Source of the DNA: Promethearchaeia archaeon
Lineage (GTDB): Archaea > Asgardarchaeota > Lokiarchaeia > Sigyniarchaeales > SOKP01
Assembly: GCA_029856145.1 (NCBI GenBank)
Contig: JAHQWK010000018.1
Span: 1-31,392, forward strand
DNA: 31,392 nt
Direction: 5' to 3'
Under the pieces are notes generated by a model. The model had not been told where the DNA came from and ran no database searches. It saw nothing but the letters and a program-made list of their open reading frames with translations. Position numbers and translations under genes: made by a program. Shown piece by piece: positions 9,201-17,251 of this stretch. The number at the start of each line of letters is the position of its first letter. Positions within the stretch are counted from its first letter, which is position 1.

Positions 9201-10246
9201 TAGCTGAGATGGATAACTCAACTTACGGTAATATAACAGGATATCTATCAATATATTCCTATTCATTTTACAATTCAAAAAAATCTGTTAATCAAACCCT
9301 TCTACTTAGTCCTCAAGGTTCAAATTTATATAGCACTAATTTTGATCCAGGTATATCAGATCCTTCTGGATTTGGAATCTATTACATTATTCCCGTAAAC
9401 TCAAATTATACTAATCCAAATTCACCTAGATACGTGTTTGAAATTGTTAATAATCCACCTGAAATTTTAGAAGCAAGTTCTAGTTTCAATTTGGCTGGTT
9501 ATGCTGAAGTTTATTTTGATGAAACTGAATCTGATGAAGGTTCCTATGTATATACCGCAACTCAAGGTGATAGCTTCAATTTTGCTGTAAACGTAAGAGA
9601 TTCAGTAAATTATGAAGATTCTAGTTCTGACATGAGAGTATTTGTAAACTTATTTGTTTGTTCTGTATCCGATAATTATATCTTTTTAATTTTTCCACAA
9701 TCTATTGAGGTAGCTGAGCTAAATTATGAATCTATATCTGGAAAATATGAAGGTTCTTTTATAATTCCAGATACAATGCGATATAACTCTATATCAGGAA
9801 CAAAGGCAATTCCAACAGCCGCGGGTTTTGATTTTAATACTAATGAAGGGTATTTAAGTATACTTTATCTTACGGTCTTCGATAGTGAAGGGGGAACTGA
9901 TGAATTCATTATCATTTTAACTATCTCAGAACGTCCTTTTGATTTTTCTCTAATTATCATAATTGTAATTTCAATCGTAGCTCTTTTAGGTGTAGTTTGT
10001 CTGATGGTCTATTATGCAAGAAAGAAAAGATATCCAAGAGCAACTCAAGTTCAACCAAGATATGAAGAATATTATTACAGACCTTCATATGACGAACCAG
10101 AGGAAGAAGCCTATGTAACACCTGAATCCTTATCTACAGTCGGTGCCTCATTTTATTGTCCTTTCTGTGGAGACCCTATCAAGGTTCCAAAAAAATTCTG
10201 TCCAAATTGCGGAGAATCACTAGAATTTTTTCAACAAGATGAGTAA
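6233..10246 (+). CDS. Type I membrane S8 subtilase with Site-1-protease-like architecture (S8, Ig-like, GATase-like domain, TM, cytoplasmic zinc ribbon)
   Basis: Signal peptide and I9-like prodomain. Motifs VIDTG, HGTHV, SAGN and GTSMS. GATase/DUF4350-like segment RILMESYHG...QYDTILL...GGNLFFLG...GNLVAFGD. TM at about 9944-10015. CPFC-CPNC ribbon at 10157-10210. Start is TTG 6233 or ATG 6239. Confidence 0.9.
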   Translation: MPMKRLKKKSNLLIIGLIFVSYFVIPSTGIQLNYSNSYNQAEKDTIKLESLPSSLTSKTSTSNINLESYSKYKYSKFDNDLNEYLTNLTLNQNENLEYIQIIVLFEDFVSKEERIEILDSIFDDYKFVRNYDIIPGTYIKINPSQLITNEHVIDGIESIKKIYKSKFYQNPYILEENPQTSALSSEDYSNWWVSAVGAENLSYDGSGVKVAVIDTGIYNHPDLNIINNSNFVTDESQLDYNDDVGHGTHVGGIIAGDGGGSSGQYRGIAPGTLLINARAGNASGLDEFDIVSAIEWSSAPTGSMGAGADIISMSFGGGYPIISDLITHAISTARDLWGVIFVSSAGNSGPEYFSGSTPASGVDVIAVGATDKNDELASFSSWGPSYRYLGYPDVVAPGVNIISTDAPNSIISKEQHYIGDFFNFPADADYIPLSGTSMSCPVVAGALAILLDAYPNISPETARIALIEGSRKLSNENDDDFLKSGAGIINVSASLDYLNYLNDTIPDINDIIKLYPDELPVKPYDLLNFPGDHQKFNLTVISGNNTTYDVEIPNNIQGVAISFDKFPSPFSESGISFLELEIEINKDALPGIRNFQINLTVGGQIYDSVNILLDIRLPEYRILMESYHGLNDWFPELSKFYQMGFYEAMADFSELNISIDYDMEYWTPDYNKNLNNSILTEERLAQYDTILLQNPILPYSTLEIKNLKNYFEDGGNLFFLGTRYQDLVTENINYLFSKLGIDIQINEENVMDDNWLGIGTSVSSQNISDFDNPKLFDGVNNVFWQYGNSFTVSGNAESIATINNKTVVALYNGTSHGKGNLVAFGDLHWLYYDYQSTSHTQDHINLLNNLMEFFLPKEEVSININLKRDRISNSKIDLSIYLKDQNSESPITPFDYDSLKVIIKNSTFSKSIILNATFSDNGIYFNNSYNLPHPSYSPYIIEVNLTIGSNEYSKISKILYFDKIEVPQIVDLSSDDTDITRAPGDSTDLIAEMDNSTYGNITGYLSIYSYSFYNSKKSVNQTLLLSPQGSNLYSTNFDPGISDPSGFGIYYIIPVNSNYTNPNSPRYVFEIVNNPPEILEASSSFNLAGYAEVYFDETESDEGSYVYTATQGDSFNFAVNVRDSVNYEDSSSDMRVFVNLFVCSVSDNYIFLIFPQSIEVAELNYESISGKYEGSFIIPDTMRYNSISGTKAIPTAAGFDFNTNEGYLSILYLTVFDSEGGTDEFIIILTISERPFDFSLIIIIVISIVALLGVVCLMVYYARKKRYPRATQVQPRYEEYYYRPSYDEPEEEAYVTPESLSTVGASFYCPFCGDPIKVPKKFCPNCGESLEFFQQDE

Positions 10247-10262
10247 ATTATTTTTTTAATAT

Positions 10263-10991
10263 TTATTTTTTTTTTGGTGTTTCTAAAATTAAAACATCGC
10301 CATCACGGGTTCCAATATACGCTTTAGACGCCATTCCAATAAAAAAGCCAGTATCAACAACTCCAGGAATAGACTTAATTTTTCGATCCAATTCTATTAG
10401 TTTATCTATTTCACCAAAATCCACATCTATAATAAAATTTCCATTATCTGTTATTAAGGGACCGCTTTTTGATTGAGCCATTCGAAGTATTGGAGTTCCA
10501 CCTAAATTTTTTAATTTCATCATGATTGGAAAATATGCCATGGGAATTACTTCTATAGGAACTCCCTTTTTCCAATTACTTCCTAATCTCTCAGAACTTT
10601 TCCTAAAATCTGCTATAATAATAAGAATTTTTGAATTCGAAGCAAGGATTTTCTCCTGTACCAAACACCCGCCTCCACCCTTAATTAAATTAAGGTTTTT
10701 ATCTATCTCATCAGCACCATCGATATCTAAATCTATTTTTGGATATTGCTCTAAAGATACTAATTCTAAATCATTCTCTATAATCAATTGATATGCTTGA
10801 AATGAACTCGCAATACATTTTAAATTTAGAGATTTTTCTTTGTTTATTTCACCTAATTTTTGCACAGCATAAACAACAGTTGATCCACTACCAATTCCTA
10901 TAATCATGTTCTTTTTAACATTTTCTTCTACAGCTTTTATAGCAGCTTTCTTTTTTCCTAATTCAATTAAATTTTCAGTCAAATAGATCAC
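10263..10991 (-). CDS. rpiA: Ribose-5-phosphate isomerase A
   Basis: Motifs GIGSGST, DGADE, IKGGGG, QEK, PIEV, TDNGN and PGVV. Confidence 0.97.
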   Translation of the reverse strand: MIYLTENLIELGKKKAAIKAVEENVKKNMIIGIGSGSTVVYAVQKLGEINKEKSLNLKCIASSFQAYQLIIENDLELVSLEQYPKIDLDIDGADEIDKNLNLIKGGGGCLVQEKILASNSKILIIIADFRKSSERLGSNWKKGVPIEVIPMAYFPIMMKLKNLGGTPILRMAQSKSGPLITDNGNFIIDVDFGEIDKLIELDRKIKSIPGVVDTGFFIGMASKAYIGTRDGDVLILETPKKK

Positions 10992-10998
10992 GGATTAT

Positions 10999-11400
10999 TT
11001 ATTTCTTGAACAAATTTAAAATTCTGATTGCTAAGTACGCAGCATTTTCACCTCTATCAATACCAACACTTGCAACAGGTACTCCTGGAGGCATTTGGAC
11101 GATCGATAATAATGCATCTAATCCTCCCAATTTTGCACTTACGGGGACACCTATAACAGGTTTGTCTGTCTTTGAGGCAATTACACCAGGTAAAGCGGCA
11201 GATAATCCCGCAACAGCAATATAGATTAATGCCTTAGAAGATTTCAAATACTCCTCTAATTTTTCGGGATCTCTATGAGCTGAGAGAATTTTTAACTCAT
11301 GTGGGATGTTATTCTCTTTTAGAACTTTAATGGTTTTATTATAAACATCCTCATCAGATGTACTTCCAGCCACAACAGCTACATCAACTTTTTCACTCAT
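10999..11400 (-). CDS. purE: AIR carboxylase / N5-CAIR mutase PurE
   Basis: Motifs [42 protein letters not shown] and NAA. Start placed at [10 protein letters not shown] (11400); the ORF track extends it to 11433. Confidence 0.95.
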   Translation of the reverse strand: MSEKVDVAVVAGSTSDEDVYNKTIKVLKENNIPHELKILSAHRDPEKLEEYLKSSKALIYIAVAGLSAALPGVIASKTDKPVIGVPVSAKLGGLDALLSIVQMPPGVPVASVGIDRGENAAYLAIRILNLFKK

Positions 11401-11566
11401 AATAAATGTAAGGTTTTCACTAATATTAAGCATTATATTATTTTTTTATTAATATCTTTAGTAAAAAGAATCTTTGATTTATTTCAAAACCTTTAATTTT
11501 TGTATTAAATTCAATAACGTATAAAAAAAATAACGATTTAGAACAATACTAAAGAGGGATATAATA

Positions 11567-12907
11567 ATGGTAACCTTAAATGATGTATGGTTAGTAGATT
11601 ATGCTCGAACTGCTTTCTCACGATCGAGACCTGGACAACCAGAGAGAGACGTTTTTGGTGAAATAAGAGGAGATGAGCTACTTGTAATCTTACTCAAAAA
11701 TATGTTTAAAAATAGATTGGCAGATAAAGGCATTGAAAAGAAGGACATCGATGAATTTACGGTTGGATGTTCTTTTGGGGTAGGAGAACACTGGACTTAT
11801 GGAGGTAAACTTCCTACTTATTTTGTGGATATGGATAAAAGAACATCTTGTGTATTTTTAGATAAGGCATGTGGATCAGCCGCAGCTGGATTTAATTTAG
11901 GATTTTTGGAAATTGCTGCGGGTTATAGTAAATGTGTTTTATCAACTGGTATAGAACATCTCACACGTGTGCCTATGGGTATAATGAATGCATGGATTAA
12001 GCCAAACCTCGCAATTGCTAATAAAGAATCACCTTTCTATGTTCCTAAATATGCACGAAAAGGTGAATACGATGTACTTATAGCAACAGATATGTTGTCT
12101 ACGGCACAAAAATTATTCGAAGAGGAAATCCCGAAATTCACGAAGGAAGATATGGATAAATTTGGAGTAAGAGCACATAATTTAACAATTAAAAGCCAAG
12201 AAGAAAAATGGTTCACCTCAGGTGTTAATGGAGGGGAGATTATTCCAGTTGAAGGCCATGTTGAAGGAAATGTTGAAGAGCCAATGATGATAGATAGGGA
12301 CATGGCAGCAAGAAAATCAAAACTTGAATCTGTTGCTAAGTTAAGACCTGTTTCCAAACCACATTTCGTTAAAAAAACAGCAACCGGACAAGAACTTGGT
12401 CGAAAAGGGTATATGGAATTTGTAGGTAGTAAAGAGGGTGTAATCACAGCAGGAAATGCTTCTCCATTGAATGCTGGTGCTACTGCATGCGTATTAATGG
12501 ACGCTAAAGAAGCTGAAAAGAGAAGTATTGAGCCATTAGCAAAAATTATTTCTATAGGATTTGCTGGAGTAGATCCCACCGTAATGGGTCGTGGTCCTGT
12601 TCCTGCCTCTAGAATGGCATTAGAACATGCTGGACTAACGGTTGAAGATATAGATTTCTGGGAAATTAACGAAGCATTCTGTATAGTTGCTTTAAATTGT
12701 ATGGATAAACTTGGTATTCCTGAAGAAAAAGTAAATATTAAAGGAGGTTCCACAGCAATTGGTCATCCATTAGGTGCTACGATGTGTCGCTTAATCGGTA
12801 CTGTAGCTCGTATCTTAAAAGATAAGAATGGAAAATATGGAATTGCTAACGCTTGCGTTGGTGGTGGACAAGGAGTCGCAGTCTTATTAGAAAATCTAAG
12901 TGCCTAA
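11567..12907 (+). CDS. Thiolase (acetyl-CoA C-acyltransferase)
   Basis: Catalytic motifs ACGS, NEAF, GHPLGAT and CVGGGQG, plus TAGNASPLNAGA. GAGGG RBS-like motif upstream. Confidence 0.95.
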   Translation: MVTLNDVWLVDYARTAFSRSRPGQPERDVFGEIRGDELLVILLKNMFKNRLADKGIEKKDIDEFTVGCSFGVGEHWTYGGKLPTYFVDMDKRTSCVFLDKACGSAAAGFNLGFLEIAAGYSKCVLSTGIEHLTRVPMGIMNAWIKPNLAIANKESPFYVPKYARKGEYDVLIATDMLSTAQKLFEEEIPKFTKEDMDKFGVRAHNLTIKSQEEKWFTSGVNGGEIIPVEGHVEGNVEEPMMIDRDMAARKSKLESVAKLRPVSKPHFVKKTATGQELGRKGYMEFVGSKEGVITAGNASPLNAGATACVLMDAKEAEKRSIEPLAKIISIGFAGVDPTVMGRGPVPASRMALEHAGLTVEDIDFWEINEAFCIVALNCMDKLGIPEEKVNIKGGSTAIGHPLGATMCRLIGTVARILKDKNGKYGIANACVGGGQGVAVLLENLSA

Positions 12908-12926
12908 TTAAACTATTTAAAACAAA

Positions 12927-12957
12927 TATTTTTAATATTTTTTTTCTATTTTCTTTT
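12927..12957 (+). terminator. Oligo-T archaeal-type terminator after the thiolase gene
   Basis: Several T runs, including T9, begin about 20 nt after the stop codon. Confidence 0.5.
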
Positions 12958-13106
12958 AAAAATCTATTTTTTGAATATTGAAGTTATACTAATTAATTTT
13001 TTTAAACGGTATGAAACATTAAAAGTAATCATTCTCTTAGAAATATTTAAATATTAACCTATAACAAATTAACTTACAATAAAACTAAAATGATAGTGAA
13101 ATCAAA

Positions 13107-13313
13107 ATGACCGTATATAAGTCAATTCAGCTTGTTGCAACGAGTGATAATAATTGGGCTGATGCTGTGAAAGCTGCTTATGACGAAGCAAAAAAATCTC
13201 TTCGTGGTATTCGAAATATACAAATTGTTGAATCTGACGTGAAAGTAAAGGAAGATATTGACAAATTAATCTACAGGGTTCGAGTACAAGTAAACTTTCA
13301 ACTAGAGAGATAA
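13107..13313 (+). CDS. Dodecin-family protein (calcium-dodecin/SecE2-like subtype)
   Basis: 68 aa with the dodecin pattern VYK.I.L..TS...W.DA...A...A..SL..I.......YRV...V.F.L. Confidence 0.9.
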   Translation: MTVYKSIQLVATSDNNWADAVKAAYDEAKKSLRGIRNIQIVESDVKVKEDIDKLIYRVRVQVNFQLER

Positions 13314-13325
13314 CTTCTCAAACTA

Positions 13326-13358
13326 TTTTTTTATTTTTTTTTCTTTTTCTAAGTTTTT
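13326..13358 (+). terminator. Oligo-T terminator after the dodecin gene
   Basis: T7, T9, T5 and T5 runs directly downstream of the stop codon. Confidence 0.55.
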
Positions 13359-13474
13359 TCCTAAAAATATTTAGCTTTAGATTTTCTTGTTTAAATTGAA
13401 ATGTTCTAAATTTCATGGTTAAATTTTAATATGACGAATTCTATTTTGAAATTAATAATTTCAAGAAAGGGGTA

Positions 13475-13609
13475 ATTGTTTTTCAGTCAAGTGGTATTGT
13501 AGATTTTTTGTCAGATCCAACGGTATTGCAATACATTATTGGGGGTATTATCGCACTTGTGATCATCATCGTATGTTGTTCTCTCCATAGGAAATTAACC
13601 TCAGATTAA
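13475..13609 (+). CDS. Small single-pass membrane protein (44 aa), probable ATT start, absent from the ORF track
   Basis: (M)VFQSSGIVDFLSDPTVLQYIIGGIIALVIIIVCCSLHRKLTSD*. Clean TM helix followed by basic residues. AAGGGGT RBS-like motif just upstream. Ends 6 nt from the convergent TPR gene stop. Confidence 0.65.
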   Translation: MVFQSSGIVDFLSDPTVLQYIIGGIIALVIIIVCCSLHRKLTSD

Positions 13610-13615
13610 ATTCTA

Positions 13616-14140
13616 TCACTCTGTATCCATTTGTTTTAATCTATCTAATTTTCGCCTCACTTCTGATCTCGCTGTTAATGCATAAGTAAAATTTGGGTCA
13701 ATCTCTAAGGCTTGCTCGTAGTATTTTAGAGCTTTTTCATATTTTTCCATCTCCTCATAAACTAAACCTAAATTATATAGACAATACTTATAATCAGGCT
13801 TAATTTCTAGTGCTTTTCCGAAAAGACTCATAGCTCTTTCCAACTGACCTAAATTAAAGCAAGCAATTCCTAAGTTATAATATGCTCTATAATCATTCGG
13901 ACTCAATTTAGTAATTCTCTTAAATAATTGTTTAGCTTTTTCATATCCTGAAGTATAATAATCATTAAGGTATCCTCCATAATCGAATAATGTTTTAATT
14001 AGGATATTTTTAACTTCTTTAGAATTAGGATAGATATTATATAACTCATCTAAGATTTCTAAAGCTTCTTGAAATTTTTCTTGATTCTTTAGACTTTTTG
14101 CCTTTTCAATGAGATCCTTGGCATCATTCGAATTTTCCAT
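13616..14140 (-). CDS. Tetratricopeptide-repeat protein
   Basis: TPR consensus repeats AYYNLG...A...F.KALEI.P and LYNLG..Y.....YEKALKYYEQALEIDP. Confidence 0.92.
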   Translation of the reverse strand: MENSNDAKDLIEKAKSLKNQEKFQEALEILDELYNIYPNSKEVKNILIKTLFDYGGYLNDYYTSGYEKAKQLFKRITKLSPNDYRAYYNLGIACFNLGQLERAMSLFGKALEIKPDYKYCLYNLGLVYEEMEKYEKALKYYEQALEIDPNFTYALTARSEVRRKLDRLKQMDTE

Positions 14141-14190
14141 AAAATTTTTTCACAGAAGCTATATATAAATCAAAAAAATTAAACCTTTAT

Positions 14191-14655
14191 TTACATTTCA
14201 TTTTCATACCAGATGTATCTTGACTTTTTCACTCCTAATTTTAGGAATAGACTTCTTAACGCTCCATCTGAGTCAGGACAAATAAAATGTACCTTATCAA
14301 TTTTTAAAGATCTTTTAATGTATAATTGTAGCTCCCGAATTATTTTTTCTTCAATTCCTTTTTTAAAAGAATCTTCTTTTTTAGTTACTACTTGATGAAT
14401 TAATACTCTATCATTACCTAAATAATCTTTAAATAAAGTATAAGTCCCAAAACCTAAGATTTCTCCATCCTCTTTAGCTACAACCATAGAGTTTCTATAT
14501 TGAAGGTCTAAAGTCCTCCGATTCAGTTCTTCCTCGAATTTTTCCCAATGGGAGAAGAAATAAGACTTGACAGCAATAAAATCTTTAAATAACTCCTTTA
14601 ATGCGTCTTTGTCGACTCTAGGATCATACCTGTCAATTATAATCAAATTTTTCAC
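14191..14655 (-). CDS. GNAT-fold protein with a degenerate acetyl-CoA-binding motif
   Basis: VVAKEDGEILGF strand, IHQVV strand, FKKGIEEKII in place of RxxGxG, and LFLKLG C-terminal motif. GTG start. Confidence 0.65.
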   Translation of the reverse strand: MKNLIIIDRYDPRVDKDALKELFKDFIAVKSYFFSHWEKFEEELNRRTLDLQYRNSMVVAKEDGEILGFGTYTLFKDYLGNDRVLIHQVVTKKEDSFKKGIEEKIIRELQLYIKRSLKIDKVHFICPDSDGALRSLFLKLGVKKSRYIWYENEM

Positions 14656-14741
14656 TATACGAAATTTTGATATTTAACAAAATATCTATTCTTTAATAAA
14701 AATTATTTTTTAAAACTAAAAATAATTAAAATTGATATATT

Positions 14742-15257
14742 ATGAGCCGGAAAAGTATTGATGAAACTATATCAATTCCTTTAAAGAAATTAAGAGAAGA
14801 TGCTATTATCCCAAATCCATCAAAACCCGGAGATGCAGGTGCTGATGCGCGAATCATTGGATTTAAGAAGATAATTCATGAGAATGATAAAAAAGAATTA
14901 ATTGAAATTGATTCAGATACTTATACATTAAAACCACTAGAGAGAATAGGTTGTTCACTAGGATTTTCAACAGCTATACCTGAGGGATTTTATTTTAAAG
15001 TTGTCCCACGAAGTGGATTAGCATTATGGGATGGACTATCTATTGTAAATTCTCCTGGTACAATTGATGCTGGATACAGAAATGAGTGGATGGCAATAGT
15101 AGTTAATCTTTCGAATAAAGAAGTTATATTAAAAAAAGGAGAAAGAATTTGTCAAATTATTTTATCCAAGATGTATAATTATAAATTTATCGAAACAGAC
15201 GAATTACTCGAATCTGAACGTGGCTTGGGAGGCTTTGGTTCAACAGGTAAAAGATAA
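14742..15257 (+). CDS. dut: Trimeric dUTP diphosphatase
   Basis: All five motifs are present: AGAD, PRSG, GTIDAGYR, RICQ and RGLGGFGSTG. Confidence 0.96.
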   Translation: MSRKSIDETISIPLKKLREDAIIPNPSKPGDAGADARIIGFKKIIHENDKKELIEIDSDTYTLKPLERIGCSLGFSTAIPEGFYFKVVPRSGLALWDGLSIVNSPGTIDAGYRNEWMAIVVNLSNKEVILKKGERICQIILSKMYNYKFIETDELLESERGLGGFGSTGKR

Positions 15258-15297
15258 AATTCAATAAAATATTAATATTTTAGTTATAAGATATATC

Positions 15298-15510
15298 ATG
15301 ACAGAGCTGACAGATGAAGAGCATTTCATAGTTGAAAAACTCAAAGAAAAAGGAGGTAAACTGAATTACAAGGAATTACAAATTCTATGCGAAGATCTAT
15401 TCGAAGGAGTAAGGCTAATTCTAAAAAAGTTAAAAGAAAAAGGAATTGTTGATTATGAAGGAATGATACCTGGATTTTCGGCTGAAATAGAGTTAATACG
15501 AGACCTATAA
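15298..15510 (+). CDS. Small winged helix-turn-helix protein
   Basis: 70 aa with the pattern LT.EE..IV..L...GG.L...EL........VR.IL.KL.EKGIV. Lies 40 nt after dut. Confidence 0.7.
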   Translation: MTELTDEEHFIVEKLKEKGGKLNYKELQILCEDLFEGVRLILKKLKEKGIVDYEGMIPGFSAEIELIRDL

Positions 15511-15587
15511 TTTTAAAAATCATCTAGTCGTAAAACTCTTATTGCTTTTTTTATTTTCTTTTGTAGTATTTGGGTTTTAAAAATATT

Positions 15588-17111
15588 ATGAGTGAAAATA
15601 ATAGAGAGCTAGCTAAAGAGAATTTTATTGAAGAAATTTTAAATCCTAAAAGTATTTGTGTTTTTGGGGCGAATAATAGTCCATTAACTACAATGGGTTC
15701 TATGCAATTTCGCAATATCATTGCTGGAGGGGGATTTAATGGATCTCTTTATCCAATTCATCCTCGTTTAGAAAAAGTTCAAGGATTTAAAGCATACAAA
15801 TCTGTATTTGATGTTCCTATTGTTCCAGATTTAGCTTTTCTCATATTACCAACGCATGTAGTTCCTAAAGTTATGGAAGAGTGTGGTCAAAAAGGTATTA
15901 AACGTCTAATCATTACATCAGGTGGTTTTAGAGAAATTGGAAATAATGGTAAGGAATTATCTAAACAAATTGATGCTATTGCAAATAAGTATAATATAAG
16001 ATTCATTGGACCTAATTGTTTAGGAATTTATAATGGATGGTATGGATTTCCTGAGAAAAAAAATGCTTATTTTAATACTAGTTGGCCTTATCTTCCCCCA
16101 GAAAGAGGCAACATTTCTATTGTTAGCCAATCAGGAACTATAGCGGCTCAAATATTTTGGCATGCAAAAAATATGGGAGTTAAAATTGGAAAATCAATAT
16201 CCGTAGGAAATGAAAGAAATATTGATGTAGTCGATTTCTTGGAATTTTTTATTCATGATCCTCACACTGAGGTAATTGGGTTGTATATAGAAGAAATTAA
16301 AAGAGGAAAAGAATTTATAAAACTTGCGAAAGAGATAACACCAAGGAAACCCATTTTAGCCATGTATGGAGGAGGAACTCAAGCAGCAGATCGTTCTATT
16401 GGATCTCATACGGGCTCTTTAGGGGGAAATAATAAAATTTTTGATGGAGTATTTAAAGAAACAGGGATCTTCTCCACAAATTCAATCATGGATTTTCTCT
16501 ATTATCTTAGAACATTTTCTCAAGCTCATTTGAATAAAGCTTTTCCACAAGGAAAAAGAATAGGAATAATCACAGATTCCGGAGGGGCAGGGTCAATGAT
16601 GGCTAAAACAGCTGAAATATATGGATTGAAAGTACCAGAATTTTCACAAGAACTACAGGAAAAAATAAAAGAATCACTTCCTCCTACTGCAGGCGTACAT
16701 AATCCTGTAGATGTCACTTTTGATATAAATTTCATGAATTTACTTTTTCATTTTCCAAAATTATTGATGAAATCAGGTGAAGTTGATATGATTATTATAT
16801 ATGGAGTATTTGATTTTGATGAGATCATGGATACTATTGAGGAATCTGGATTAAAGGTTGATGAACAAATGAGAAACATATCCCAAATAGTGGATGCAGG
16901 TGTATTTAGACCTATTAAGCGTTTAATGAAGAAATATTCAATTCCTGTCTATTATGTTGGTCCTTTTCCCTATAAATACCCATGGTATCAAAAATTTATT
17001 TCTTACGATGTCCCAATCTTTGAATTTTTTGATTATCCTACTAAATGTCTTAGTATTTTATGTCGTTATGCTGAATATCGTAAAAATTTAAATCCTAAAT
17101 TTAAAAATTGA
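15588..17111 (+). CDS. ADP-forming acyl-CoA synthetase, alpha subunit (CoA-binding)
   Basis: LNPKSICVFGA, ITSGGF.E, GPNCLG, SQSG, SVGN, phospho-His motif SHTGSL, SGGAG and NPVD. No ATP-grasp (beta) domain. Start is ATG 15588 or TTG 15570. Confidence 0.92.
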   Translation: MSENNRELAKENFIEEILNPKSICVFGANNSPLTTMGSMQFRNIIAGGGFNGSLYPIHPRLEKVQGFKAYKSVFDVPIVPDLAFLILPTHVVPKVMEECGQKGIKRLIITSGGFREIGNNGKELSKQIDAIANKYNIRFIGPNCLGIYNGWYGFPEKKNAYFNTSWPYLPPERGNISIVSQSGTIAAQIFWHAKNMGVKIGKSISVGNERNIDVVDFLEFFIHDPHTEVIGLYIEEIKRGKEFIKLAKEITPRKPILAMYGGGTQAADRSIGSHTGSLGGNNKIFDGVFKETGIFSTNSIMDFLYYLRTFSQAHLNKAFPQGKRIGIITDSGGAGSMMAKTAEIYGLKVPEFSQELQEKIKESLPPTAGVHNPVDVTFDINFMNLLFHFPKLLMKSGEVDMIIIYGVFDFDEIMDTIEESGLKVDEQMRNISQIVDAGVFRPIKRLMKKYSIPVYYVGPFPYKYPWYQKFISYDVPIFEFFDYPTKCLSILCRYAEYRKNLNPKFKN

Positions 17112-17251
17112 AAATTTAAGTTGTAAAATCTCTACTTATTTCACTAATTATATATATGTTTTTTATCTATAATTATTAGAATTACTTCAAAAAGTTATAT
17201 CAGATATAAGAAAATTTAATTATAATAAATTATACGAGCCTAGTTTTTATT

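Noticed and set aside
12037-12753. 238-aa antisense ORF
   Set aside because: It lies wholly opposite the thiolase gene, is Ser/Pro/Ile-rich and has no motif; a shadow ORF.
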